Assembly: GCA_947483975.1 (NCBI GenBank)
Contig: CANKOL010000006.1
Coordinates: forward strand, 1-37,382
Length of the DNA stretch: 37,382 nucleotides
Source: Sandaracinaceae bacterium
GTDB lineage: Bacteria; Myxococcota_A; Polyangia; Polyangiales; JADJQN01
Direction of reading: 5' to 3'
This document shows, piece by piece, positions 1 through 9,031 of this stretch. The notes under the pieces were generated by a model, which was not told where the DNA came from, did no database searches, and saw only the letters and a list, made by a program, of their open reading frames with translations. The position numbers and the translations under genes are program-made. Within the stretch, counting starts at the first letter, position 1, and the number at the start of each line of letters is the position of its first letter.

Positions 1-16
1 CGCGGTCGAGCCCGCC

Positions 17-691
17 GTGGAGCTCGGCGACGTGCACGCCGCGCCGTGCCTCCTCGGCTTCGCGCTGCGCGTCGCCGAGGGCGAGCGCGTCGCGCTCGTC
101 GGCCCGAACGGCGTCGGCAAGACGACGCTGCTGCGGCTCGTCGCCAAGCTCCTGCGCCCCGCGCGCGGCGAGGTCCGCGCGAGCGATTCCGTCGGCTATG
201 TGCCGCAGGACTATCGCGCGAGCTTCCTCCCGTGGCTGCGCGCCGACCGCAACGTGCTCCTCGCGCTCGAGGCGCGCGGTGCCCTCGACGCCGCGGCGCG
301 CGCGCGCTTGGACGCGCTGCTCGACGCGCTCGGCGTCGACCGCGCGTCCCTCGCGAAGTACCCGCAGACCCTGTCGGGCGGGCAGCAGCAGCTCCTCGCG
401 CTCGCCCGCGCGCTCGTCGGGCGCCCACGCCTGCTGCTCCTCGACGAGCCGTTCTCCGCCCTCGACGCTGCGCATCGCGCGCTCGCCCGCACCGTCGTCG
501 TCGAGGCGAGCCGGCAGACGGGCGCGACGCTCCTGCTCGTCAGCCACGACCTCGAGGACGTCGCCGCCGTCGCCGAGCGCGTCGTCGCCCTCGACGGGCG
601 ACCCGCGCGCATCACGACGGACGCTCCGACCGCGTCCGTCGCCACCGCCCCGCTCGCGCGCCTGGCGGCTGGCTCCCTCGAGGAGACGTGA
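17..691 (+). CDS. ABC transporter ATP-binding protein, SsuB/TauB-like (true start may lie upstream of the window)
   Basis: Walker A GPNGVGKTT, Q-loop YVPQ, signature LSGGQQQ, Walker B LLLLDEPF, H-loop VSHD. The frame is open back to the window edge. Confidence 0.9.
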   Translation: MELGDVHAAPCLLGFALRVAEGERVALVGPNGVGKTTLLRLVAKLLRPARGEVRASDSVGYVPQDYRASFLPWLRADRNVLLALEARGALDAAARARLDALLDALGVDRASLAKYPQTLSGGQQQLLALARALVGRPRLLLLDEPFSALDAAHRALARTVVVEASRQTGATLLLVSHDLEDVAAVAERVVALDGRPARITTDAPTASVATAPLARLAAGSLEET

Positions 692-1332
692 TGGGCTGGC
701 TGCGCACCTGCGCGCTCGAGCTTGCGCGGCCGCTCCTGTGGCTCGACGTCGGCGCGACGCTCGCGCGTGTGCTCGTCGGGGTCGCGCTCGCGACCGCCCT
801 CGGCTGGGTGCTCGGGCTCGCGCTCGGCCGCAACGCGAGGCTCTGGCGCGTCGCCGAGCCGCTCGTCGACTTCCTCCGCGCCATCCCGCCTGTGCTCGCT
901 TTCCCTGTTTGCCTGGTGCTCTTCGGCTACACCGAGCAGGCCCGCGTCGCCGCCATCGTCTTCGGCACGACCGGCATCGTGCTGCTCCACGTTGCGAACG
1001 GTGTCGCCCGCGCGCCCTCTGCGCGGCGCGACACGGCCCGCCTCGCCGGCCTGCGGGGCCTCGCGCTCGTCTGGCGCGTCGACGTGTTCGAGGCGCTCCC
1101 CGCGCTCTTCCTCGGCCTGCGCCTCGCGCTCACGGCGGGCCTGGTCATCGCCGTCGTCAGCGAGATGCTGGTCGGCGCAGAGCACGGCCTCGGCGCCCGC
1201 GCCCTCGACGCGCTGATCGCCTATCGCTCGGACCTCCTCGGCCTCGTCGTCTTGCTCGCCGGTGGCACGGGCTTCGCGCTCTCGGCCCTCGTCGCCGCCG
1301 TCGAGCGGCGCGTCGTGCACTGGCAGCGTTGA
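691..1332 (+). CDS. ABC transporter permease, SsuC/TauC-like
   Basis: ATG at 691 overlaps the upstream stop (TGATG), with AGGAG at 681-685. Hydrophobic helices with 'TLARVLVG..LA', 'FLRAIPP' and 'AVVSEMLVGAEHGLG'. This is the C-terminal part of the 46..1332 ORF. Confidence 0.88.
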   Translation: MGWLRTCALELARPLLWLDVGATLARVLVGVALATALGWVLGLALGRNARLWRVAEPLVDFLRAIPPVLAFPVCLVLFGYTEQARVAAIVFGTTGIVLLHVANGVARAPSARRDTARLAGLRGLALVWRVDVFEALPALFLGLRLALTAGLVIAVVSEMLVGAEHGLGARALDALIAYRSDLLGLVVLLAGGTGFALSALVAAVERRVVHWQR

Positions 1333-1539
1333 GCCTGTGCCCGGACGCCCGCACTTCCGCCGTCCCGTCGGGCCCTTGACCTGCACTCGTGGGTAGCGCC
1401 CTGGCTCGTTTTGGGGCAGCCTGGCTCACCCTGGAAGTCGAGGATGAGGCGGGTGTATCACGCACATTTCGGCCGGTCGGTGCGCAGCATAGCGGCGTAC
1501 GCGAGCTGCTCGTTTCCCCTGCGAGGGGTGGAGTAGGCC

Positions 1540-3537
1540 GTGCGCTCGAATACGCTGAAGGTGCTCGCCGTTGACGCCAGCGCCGAGGAACTCACCGCGC
1601 TTCGCGCCACGCTGCGCGAGCTTCTCCCGTCGACCACGCTGCTGACCGCGCTCGACGGCGCGAGCGCCCTCATGCTCGCCACGACCGAGGACCCCGACGT
1701 CATTTTGCTCGACCTCGCCCTGCCTGGCCCTACGGGCCTCGAGGTGTGTCGGCGCCTCAAGGCGGACGAGCGCCTGAAGGACATCCCCTTGGTCTGCATG
1801 ACCGCCCAGCGCACCGACCGAGAGCACAGGCTCCAGGCGGTCGAGGCGGGGGCCGATGGCTTCCTGTCGAAGCCCCTCGACGACGGGGAGGTCGTCGCGC
1901 TCCTGCGCAGCATGGCCAAGCTGCGGGCGGCGTACCGCCTGCGCAGCCTCGGGCGAGAGGAACTCGCCGCCCTCGTCGCCGAGCGCACCCGCGAGCTCGA
2001 GCTCGAGCTCGTCGCACGAACGCACGTCGAGCAGGCGCTGCGCGAGAGCGAGACGCGCTACCGAGCGCTCGTCGCCGGGGCGAACGACGGAATCTTCCTG
2101 ATCTCCCCTGAGGGCGACCTCGTCGAGGTGAACGAGTCCTTCGCGCGGATGCACGGCTGGACGCGCGAGGAGCTGCAGCGGCTGACCCTGGCTGACCTCG
2201 ACACGCCCGCGACGGCGGCGCTCGCTCCGGCGCGGATCCGCCGGATCCTGAGCGGCGAGCCTCTGACCTTCGAGGTCGAGCACCTCCACAAGGAGGGGCA
2301 CTCGTTCTCCCTCGAGGTCTCGAGCAGCCTCGTCCACGTCGGGGGAAACCCCTACATCCTGGCGGTCCACCGCGACATCACCGAGCGTAAGCGGCTGCAA
2401 GCGGGCCTCGAGCGAAGCGACCGGCTCGCGAGCCTCGGCATGCTGGCGGCGGGCGTCGCCCACGAGATCAACAACCCGCTCGCCTATGTGCTGTCGAACA
2501 CCTCGTTCGCGATCGACGAGCTGCGCGTTCCCGGCGCGATCGATGACCCGCTGCGGCTTCGAGAGATCGTCACCGCGCTCGTCGAGGCGGTCGACGGCGC
2601 GCACCGCGTCCGGCGTATCGTCCGCGATCTCAAGGCGCTCTCCCGCCCCGACGAGGACCGCACGAGCCGGGTCGACGTCGAGAAGGTGCTCGAGTCTTCG
2701 CTCGCCATGATCGCCAACGAGATCCGCCCGCGGGCACGCCTCGTGCGGGACTTCGCCGGAGTCCCGCCGATCGAGGCGAACGACGCGCGCCTCGGTCAGG
2801 TGCTCCTCAACCTGCTGGCGAACGCAGCGCAGGCGATCCCCGAGGGGCACCCGAACCGCCACGAGATTCGCGTGTCGACGCGCATCGAGCCGGAGGGCCG
2901 CCTCTGCATCGAGATCCGCGACACCGGCGGCGGCATCCCCGCCAACATCCTGGCGCGCATCTTCGACCCGTTCTTCACCACCAAGCCCGTGGGGGTCGGC
3001 ACTGGGCTAGGCCTCGCGATCTGCCACAGCCTCATCGAGCAGATGGGCGGCGAGATCTTAGTCGAGAGCGCCGTCGGCAAGGGCACGACGTTCCGCGTCC
3101 TGCTGCCGACCGTCGGCCCCTCGCAGCACGCCGCGCCGACGAGCGAGGCGCCCGTCCTGCTGCGGCGCGGTCAGGTGCTCGTCGTCGACGACGAGCCGCT
3201 CGTCGGCAAGGCGCTCGTGCGCCTGCTGTCCCGCGAGCACGACGTCACGCTGCTGGCCTCGGCCCGCGACGCGCTCGACAGGCTGCGCGGCGGCGAGCAC
3301 TTCGACGCGATCGTGTGCGACCTGATGATGCCCGAACTGAGCGGCATGGACCTGCACGACGAGGTCTTCGCGTTCGCCCCGGACCAGGCGCAGCGCATGA
3401 TCTTCGTGACCGGTGGCGCCTACAGCACGGCCTCCCGCACGTTCCTCGAGCGCGTCCCGAACATCCGCCTCGACAAGCCCATCAACGAGGCAGAGCTTCG
3501 TCGCGCGCTCCACACGCACCTGGCCGAGCGCCCCTAA
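1540..3537 (+). CDS. Hybrid sensor histidine kinase, REC-PAS-HisKA-HATPase-REC
   Basis: N-terminal receiver (VILLDLALPG, FLSKP), PAS (VNESFARMHG...RDITERK), H-box GVAHEINNPL, N-box NLLANAAQA, G1/F/G2 boxes (DTGGG, FDPFFTTK, GTGLGL), C-terminal receiver (VVDDE, IVCDLMMP, DKP). No TM helices, so probably cytoplasmic. Confidence 0.95.
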   Translation: MRSNTLKVLAVDASAEELTALRATLRELLPSTTLLTALDGASALMLATTEDPDVILLDLALPGPTGLEVCRRLKADERLKDIPLVCMTAQRTDREHRLQAVEAGADGFLSKPLDDGEVVALLRSMAKLRAAYRLRSLGREELAALVAERTRELELELVARTHVEQALRESETRYRALVAGANDGIFLISPEGDLVEVNESFARMHGWTREELQRLTLADLDTPATAALAPARIRRILSGEPLTFEVEHLHKEGHSFSLEVSSSLVHVGGNPYILAVHRDITERKRLQAGLERSDRLASLGMLAAGVAHEINNPLAYVLSNTSFAIDELRVPGAIDDPLRLREIVTALVEAVDGAHRVRRIVRDLKALSRPDEDRTSRVDVEKVLESSLAMIANEIRPRARLVRDFAGVPPIEANDARLGQVLLNLLANAAQAIPEGHPNRHEIRVSTRIEPEGRLCIEIRDTGGGIPANILARIFDPFFTTKPVGVGTGLGLAICHSLIEQMGGEILVESAVGKGTTFRVLLPTVGPSQHAAPTSEAPVLLRRGQVLVVDDEPLVGKALVRLLSREHDVTLLASARDALDRLRGGEHFDAIVCDLMMPELSGMDLHDEVFAFAPDQAQRMIFVTGGAYSTASRTFLERVPNIRLDKPINEAELRRALHTHLAERP

Positions 3538-3679
3538 TCACGGCTCGACGCCACCGCGTCGCCTGACTCCCGGCCCGTAGCGCGCCCCGCGTCAGCGCCC
3601 GAGCGCCGCCGCGTTGACTTCCAGACGTCCGCCAGCACGCTCCCGGGTCAGGTTACTTCCTTCCCCCGGAGCCTCGCCG

Positions 3680-6088
3680 ATGCGCTCTTCCCGACTGTTC
3701 GCAGTGTTCGCCGTCAGCTCGCTCCTCGTCTCTGCCGCCTGTGGCGGGACCCCGGAGGACCGCCCCGACAGCGCCGTCGACGCCGCCACCCCCGACGCTG
3801 CGCTCGACGCTTCGAGGCCTGATGGTGCCGTCGACGCTGGATCGGACGGCGCGGTGCTGGCCGACGCGGGCGATGACGCCGCGCTTCCCGAGCTCGACGC
3901 GGGCGATGACGCCGCGCTTCCCGACGTCGACGCCGGCTGCACCTCGAGCGCAGCCTGCGAGGACGGCGACCCCTGCACGCTCGACACCTGCGACTCCGGC
4001 ACCTGCAACTCGGTGCCTGTCGACCCTGACGACGGCGACCCCTGCACCGTGGACGGGTGCGATCCGGTCGTGGGCGTCACGCACACCGCCGTGCTGACGG
4101 ACGACAGCGACGTCTGCACCGTGGACGGCTGCGATCCGGTCACCGGCGTCACGCACACCGCGGTATTCACCGACGATAGCGACGCCTGCACCGTGGACTC
4201 GTGCGACCCGGTCACCGGCGTCGCGCACACGCCGGTCAGCGTCGACGACAGCAACGCCTGCACGGCCGACTCCTGCGCTCCCGCGACGGGCATCGCCCAC
4301 ACGCCCGTCAGCGTCGACGACAGCAACGCTTGCACGGCCGACTCCTGCGCGCCGCTGACGGGCATCGCGCACACGCCCGTCAGCGTCGACGACAGCAACG
4401 CCTGCACGACCGACTCCTGCGCGCCGGCGACGGGCATCGCGCACACGCCCGTGAGCGTCGACGACGGCAGCGTCTGCACCGTGGACTCCTGCGACCCGAC
4501 GACGGGCGTCGCGCACACGCCGGTCAGCACCGACGACGGCAACGGTTGCACGACCGACTCCTGCGACGCGACGACCGGCGTCGCGCACACTCCGGTGAGC
4601 GTCGATGACAGCAACGCGTGCACGCTGGACTCCTGTGCGCCCGCGACCGGCGCGGTGACGAACCTTCCGCTCACCCTCGGAACCCCCTGCAGCCAAGGCC
4701 TCGGCGTCGTGTGTGACGGCCTCGGCGCCTGCGTCGCCTACCCGGCGGTCGCCTCCACCACCCCGGCGGACGCCACCTCCGCGGTCGCGACCACCAGCCT
4801 CGCGGTGACGTTCACGACGGCGATGCGCCCCACGACCCTCACGGCTCAGACCGTGGCAGGCGCCTGCACCGGCAGCGTCCAGGTCTCGCTCGACAACTTC
4901 GCGACCTGCATCGCGCTCGCCTCGGCTTCCCCGGTCATGTCTGGCGGGGACACCGTCGCGACGCTGACCGCCGCCCCCGGGTTGCTCGTCAACCGCACCT
5001 ATCAGATCCGCGTGACGACCGCCGCCGCCGGCGCGACGGGCCTCCCGCTCGCCGCTCAGTTCACGACGCCCCTCGGCTTCATCACGGGCAGCCCCGACCT
5101 CTGCGCCGGGTCCGTGGTGATCGCGCAGGTGTACGGCGCTGGCGGGAACGTAGGCGCGCTCGTGCGCAACGACTACGTCGTGCTCCACAATCGCGGCGGT
5201 TCCGCCGTGAACCTCACCGGCTGGTCGGTGCAGTACGCGAGCGCGACGGGGACGAGTTGGGGGGTGGGCGCCCTCGCCGGAAGCATCGCCTCCGGGGGTT
5301 ACTACCTCGTCCAGGGCGCGAGCGGCGGTGCTGTTGGGGCCTTGCTGCCCACTCCGGACGCCACGACCAGCAGCAATCTGAGCGGCACGGTGGGCAAGGT
5401 CGCCCTCGTCACGAACACGACGGCCCTTGCGGTCGCGTGTCCGACGGGCGCTCCGATCGTCGACTTCGTCGGTTACGGCGCGACGACCTGCTTCGAGGGC
5501 ACCACCGCGACCCCCGCGCCTTCCAACACGACCGCCGTCCTCCGCGCGCAGACCGCCTGCGCCGACGTCAACAGCAACGGCGTCGACTTCGCGGTGGGAG
5601 CGCCCACCCCGCTGAACAGCGCCAGCCCCGTCGCGGTCTGCGCCTGCGCCGCGCTCGACGAGTCGGGCGTCGCCGCCGAGGCCGACTATTGCAACGTCCA
5701 GTTCCCGCTCTCGCTGAGCCTCGCGGCCGGCGCTGCGAGCGGCAACGTCTTCGGGCAGCTCTACGAGCTCGGCACGACCGAAGCGGCCGGCTCCTCGTCG
5801 GCCGTCCGCGCCCAGCTCGGCTTCGGCCCCCCCACCGCGAACCCCGAGTACGAGGCCGGCTGGTCGTGGACCAACGCCACCTACAACGTCCAGGTCGGCG
5901 CGAACGACGAGTACCAGGCGTCCTTCACGGCGCCCGGCTCCGGCTCGTACCGGTACGCCTACCGCTTCAGCCTCGACAGCGGCGTCAGCTGGACCGTCTG
6001 CGACCAGAACGCGGGCGACGGCGGAGCCGGTTCGAACGCCGGCCTCACGTTCGACCTCGCGAGCCTGCCCGTGCTGACCGTGCCGTAG
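3680..6088 (+). CDS. Secreted lipoprotein: acidic linker, ten ~24-aa Dictyostelium (CTDC)-like repeats, Ig-like domain, lamin-tail domain, C-terminal beta-sandwich
   Basis: ATG 3680 gives a signal peptide ending in lipobox LVSAA-C. Lamin-tail motif 'VVIAQVYGAGGN...NDYVVLHNRG...VNLTGWSVQYAS'. The C-terminal 'VFGQLYE.GTTE...AQLGFGP...NDEYQASFTAP..G.YRYAYRFSLD' module resembles domains of extracellular amylopullulanases. Confidence 0.85.
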   Translation: MRSSRLFAVFAVSSLLVSAACGGTPEDRPDSAVDAATPDAALDASRPDGAVDAGSDGAVLADAGDDAALPELDAGDDAALPDVDAGCTSSAACEDGDPCTLDTCDSGTCNSVPVDPDDGDPCTVDGCDPVVGVTHTAVLTDDSDVCTVDGCDPVTGVTHTAVFTDDSDACTVDSCDPVTGVAHTPVSVDDSNACTADSCAPATGIAHTPVSVDDSNACTADSCAPLTGIAHTPVSVDDSNACTTDSCAPATGIAHTPVSVDDGSVCTVDSCDPTTGVAHTPVSTDDGNGCTTDSCDATTGVAHTPVSVDDSNACTLDSCAPATGAVTNLPLTLGTPCSQGLGVVCDGLGACVAYPAVASTTPADATSAVATTSLAVTFTTAMRPTTLTAQTVAGACTGSVQVSLDNFATCIALASASPVMSGGDTVATLTAAPGLLVNRTYQIRVTTAAAGATGLPLAAQFTTPLGFITGSPDLCAGSVVIAQVYGAGGNVGALVRNDYVVLHNRGGSAVNLTGWSVQYASATGTSWGVGALAGSIASGGYYLVQGASGGAVGALLPTPDATTSSNLSGTVGKVALVTNTTALAVACPTGAPIVDFVGYGATTCFEGTTATPAPSNTTAVLRAQTACADVNSNGVDFAVGAPTPLNSASPVAVCACAALDESGVAAEADYCNVQFPLSLSLAAGAASGNVFGQLYELGTTEAAGSSSAVRAQLGFGPPTANPEYEAGWSWTNATYNVQVGANDEYQASFTAPGSGSYRYAYRFSLDSGVSWTVCDQNAGDGGAGSNAGLTFDLASLPVLTVP
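3863..3924 (+). repeat. Exact 29-bp direct repeat, 33-bp period (DAGDDAALP x2)
   Basis: gacgcgggcgatgacgccgcgcttcccga at 3863-3891 and 3896-3924. Confidence 0.9.
3956..4675 (+). repeat. Coding tandem repeat, 72-bp period, ten units
   Basis: A more divergent first unit at 3956, then units starting at 4028, 4100, 4172 ... 4604. Consensus DDSNACTxDSCxPxTGxAHTPVSV. Confidence 0.93.
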
Positions 6089-6339
6089 GTCGCCCTTGCC
6101 GGCGGGTGGAGTCGGTGCGCCGCGCCGACGCCGCCCTCGGCGGTAGAGGTCGGTTGCGCACGCGCTATCAGCGACTGGGACGGTCCTGATACTTTGCGCG
6201 CGTGTTTCTCTCTCCTCGCGCGGCTTTGCCGCTCCCGCGCTCGTCCAGCCCAGGCTGCCGGGCGCGAGCGGGATACCTCATCGAGGGGCAGTTCACGGCG
6301 GGCGCCCTCTGCGACGGCGCCGCGGTTCACGCGCGCCGT

Positions 6340-6510
6340 GGTTGCCACGAATTCGTCGCCCTATACTCGTGAAAAACAACGTGATAACGAGCGCTTGCAG
6401 TGCATCACTCTCCCTCCCACGCGGTCGCTCGCGGGGGCCGAATTCCTGTGCGTATTCACACGCACTTGGCCTGTCCGTCTTGACAGGGCCGAGCCGGGGG
6501 ATAGGTGCTC
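6340..6510 (+). promoter_or_regulatory. Probable promoter/operator region of the cytochrome operon
   Basis: AT-richer non-coding stretch. TTGACA at 6480-6485 sits inside inverted repeat CCTGTC-N6-GACAGG (6470-6487). A second inverted repeat GTGCGT-N6-ACGCAC is at 6448-6465, and TATACT is at 6362-6367. Confidence 0.45.
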
Positions 6511-6598
6511 GTCGACCGAGCAGCAGCAGCTGGACAGCTGTCGGCGCTGGTGACGTAGCTGAGGCGAATACCTCCACTACTCGCAGGAGACCGTGCCG

Positions 6599-7192
6599 AT
6601 GAGGGAGTCAGGTCGCAGCCGTGCCTCGATGAGTGCTCGCCCCACAATGGGGTTGTGGGCTGCAATCGTCCTATTGTTCGCCTTGCCGGTCGTGGCTTCG
6701 TGCGGCGGCGGGGGAGAGCCCGCTCATGCGCAGGGCGGGGAGCACGCCGGTGAGCCGTCGGTCCCCGACGCCGACATCGTCATTCCGCCGCGCACGACGC
6801 AACTCGCCACGTACCCCTGCGTCGAGCAGTGCCACGCCGACCGCGTGCCGAACGCCACCCCCCGTCCGCTCCGCGAGTTCCACTCCGCCAAGCACATCGA
6901 GCATGGCGACACGACCTTCTGGTGCAACTTCTGTCACAACTTCGACAACCTGAACACGCTCCACCTGCTCGACGGCCGCACGGCGTCGTTCGACGAGTCG
7001 CAGCGCCTCTGTGGTGAGTGTCACGGGGACAAGCGCCGGGACTGGGCCCTCGGCATCCACGGGCTGCAGACGGGCGCCTGGAACGGCGAGAAGACCCGCC
7101 GCAGCTGCACCGCCTGCCACGACCCGCATTCGCCACGCCGTCCGAGGTTCCAAGCCCTGCCGGCGCCGCACCCCCGCACAGGAGCGCGATGA
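6599..7192 (+). CDS. Tetraheme c-type cytochrome lipoprotein, CbcS-like
   Basis: AGGAG at 6585-6589 precedes ATG 6599 (alternative starts GTG 6593, ATG 6629). Lipobox VVAS-C. Heme motifs CVEQCH (CX3CH), CNFCH, CGECH, CTACH. Stop overlaps the next ATG. Confidence 0.88.
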   Translation: MRESGRSRASMSARPTMGLWAAIVLLFALPVVASCGGGGEPAHAQGGEHAGEPSVPDADIVIPPRTTQLATYPCVEQCHADRVPNATPRPLREFHSAKHIEHGDTTFWCNFCHNFDNLNTLHLLDGRTASFDESQRLCGECHGDKRRDWALGIHGLQTGAWNGEKTRRSCTACHDPHSPRRPRFQALPAPHPRTGAR

Positions 7193-8163
7193 GCGACGAT
7201 CAGAATACCTGCAGCGAGATCACGGACCAGAACCTCATCGACGATGAGGAACTCGCCGCGTCGCTGGTCGCCGGCGTCGAGATGGCACAGGCCACTCGAC
7301 GAAGCTTCCTCGCAACGATGGCTAGCGCTGCGGGGGCCGCGGTCGTCGCCTCCACCGGCTGCGACAGCGCTGTTTTCGAGAAGTACACTCAGAAGCACTA
7401 CAAGGAACTGTCGGCCGCCGACAAACTGAAGGTCATCGCGCGCATCGAGGCCGAGGCTCATGAGCGCTTCGGCATCGACGTGAAGGTGTCCGACCCGCAG
7501 CCGCTGCCAGGTGTCGGCTTCGCCTACGCGCTGAACCTGTCCTACTGCATCGGCTGTCGACGTTGTGAATACGCCTGCGCCCGCGAGAACAATACCTCGC
7601 GCGACCCCGAGATTCACTACATCCGCGTCCTCGCCATCGAGAAGGGCACGATGTCGGTCGAGGAGTCGGAGAGCAACTACACGGGAGCGGTCCCGGAGCC
7701 CGACAAGTACTACATGCCGGTGCAGTGTCACCAGTGTGACCATCCGCCATGCGTCCGCGCGTGCCCGGTTGAAGCGACGTGGAAAGAGAAGGACGGTCTC
7801 GTCGTCGTCGACTACGACTGGTGCATCGGCTGCCGCTACTGTGAGGCTGCCTGCCCATATTGGGCACGACGCTTCAACTTCGCTGAGCCGACGATCCGTC
7901 CGTCCGAGATCAATCCCATCCAGGGCCTCCTGAGCAACCGGGTCCGGTCGGTCGGCGTGATGGAGAAGTGCACGTTCTGTCTGCACCGCACGCGCAAGGG
8001 CCTCTACCCAGCGTGCCTCGAGGTCTGCCCGACGGGCTCGCGCAAGTTCGGGAATCTGCTCGACCCGAACAGCGAGGTCCGCCAGATCATCCAGAGCAAG
8101 CGCATCTTCGTGTTCAAAGAGGAGCTCGGGACCATCCCGCGCTTCTACTACTACTTCGACTGA
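7189..8163 (+). CDS. 4x[4Fe-4S] electron-transfer subunit, NrfC/DsrO/CbcT family, Tat-exported
   Basis: ATGA overlap with the upstream gene. Twin-arginine TRRSFL followed by a hydrophobic stretch. Cys groups CIGCRRCEYAC, CHQCDHPPCVRACP, CIGCRYCEAACP, KCTFC...PACLEVCP. C-terminal 'KEELGTIPRFYY'. Confidence 0.93.
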   Translation: MSDDQNTCSEITDQNLIDDEELAASLVAGVEMAQATRRSFLATMASAAGAAVVASTGCDSAVFEKYTQKHYKELSAADKLKVIARIEAEAHERFGIDVKVSDPQPLPGVGFAYALNLSYCIGCRRCEYACARENNTSRDPEIHYIRVLAIEKGTMSVEESESNYTGAVPEPDKYYMPVQCHQCDHPPCVRACPVEATWKEKDGLVVVDYDWCIGCRYCEAACPYWARRFNFAEPTIRPSEINPIQGLLSNRVRSVGVMEKCTFCLHRTRKGLYPACLEVCPTGSRKFGNLLDPNSEVRQIIQSKRIFVFKEELGTIPRFYYYFD

Positions 8164-8192
8164 GCGAGCGCTCCTTGACCCACACGCAATCC

Positions 8193-8819
8193 ATGCCTTC
8201 CCACGTGCTCGGACGTCTTGCGGCGGTTCTCTCGGTGGGGCTCGCTCTGCTCACCGCGTGCGAACCCAAGCCGACCTCCGAAAACCGTCCGCTGGCCGTC
8301 CGCGCGGCGGGAAAGCGCCTCGAGGACATCGCAGCCGGTGACATCTCCGGCAAGATCGGCGGGCGGCAGTTTCGCGCCGCTGATGTGAAGGTCCGAGTCG
8401 AGACGATGGCAGGTCGCGAGCGGGTCGATCTGCTCGTGTCGAGCGACCGCTTGACGCACTGCGGCCTGCCGGACCAGGCCCACGGTGCACGGGTGTGGGT
8501 TCGCTGGAAGGGTACCGTGCCGACTGACGGTACACCTCAGCGCCTCGAGCCTGGGCAGCATGGCGCGATGAGTGTCAACTATGAGTTCTTCGAGCATGAC
8601 CAGTGGGTGGCGCACAGCGGCGGTGCTGCGGTGGTCAGCATCACGCAGGCGTTTGGCGGGTACAGTGGTCGGCTGTGGATCTGCTTCGACGATGGGCGCG
8701 ATAGCTGCGTGACGGGCACCTTCACTGGCACCGAGTGTCGCTCCGAACTCGACGTCGATGACTCGGTCTGGGGAGCGGGAAGAGCAGAGATTCAGACTCC
8801 GACCAAGCGTGCTGAGTAG
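8193..8819 (+). CDS. Hypothetical lipoprotein (208 aa) inside the cytochrome operon
   Basis: ATG 8193, hydrophobic signal ending LLTA-C. The mature part looks beta-rich, has four Cys and no heme motif. C-terminal part of the 7968..8819 ORF. Confidence 0.75.
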   Translation: MPSHVLGRLAAVLSVGLALLTACEPKPTSENRPLAVRAAGKRLEDIAAGDISGKIGGRQFRAADVKVRVETMAGRERVDLLVSSDRLTHCGLPDQAHGARVWVRWKGTVPTDGTPQRLEPGQHGAMSVNYEFFEHDQWVAHSGGAAVVSITQAFGGYSGRLWICFDDGRDSCVTGTFTGTECRSELDVDDSVWGAGRAEIQTPTKRAE

Positions 8820-9031
8820 GTCTTCAGATGTGATGTGAAGGTGCGCGAGCGCGTCGGTGGCACGAGCCTCCACTAGCCTCTCGAGCGAGCGCGTGCCCCA
8901 GCCGTGACCCCATCCGTGGGCGCGAAGCTGCGGTCACCGGCCCAGCAAGCGCTCGCAGGACGCTCGAACGAGAGAGGCACCGGCGTGCCACCGAGCACGG
9001 GTTGGGTGGTCTCGCAGAGGAAGGAAAGTAC

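Noticed and set aside
1540..3537. Hybrid kinase as the regulator of the cytochrome operon
   Set aside because: It is a common myxobacterial architecture, separated from the operon by an unrelated gene, and nothing in the sequence links the two.
3956..4675. 72-bp periodic array as a possible CRISPR
   Set aside because: The units vary mainly at synonymous positions, stay in frame inside a CDS, have no unique spacers, and no cas genes are nearby.
6342..6367. TTGCCA...TATACT as a sigma-70 promoter pair
   Set aside because: The spacer is only 14 bp.
8858..8873. TGGCACG as a sigma-54 -24 element
   Set aside because: The required TTGC at -12 is absent (the sequence there reads TCCA).
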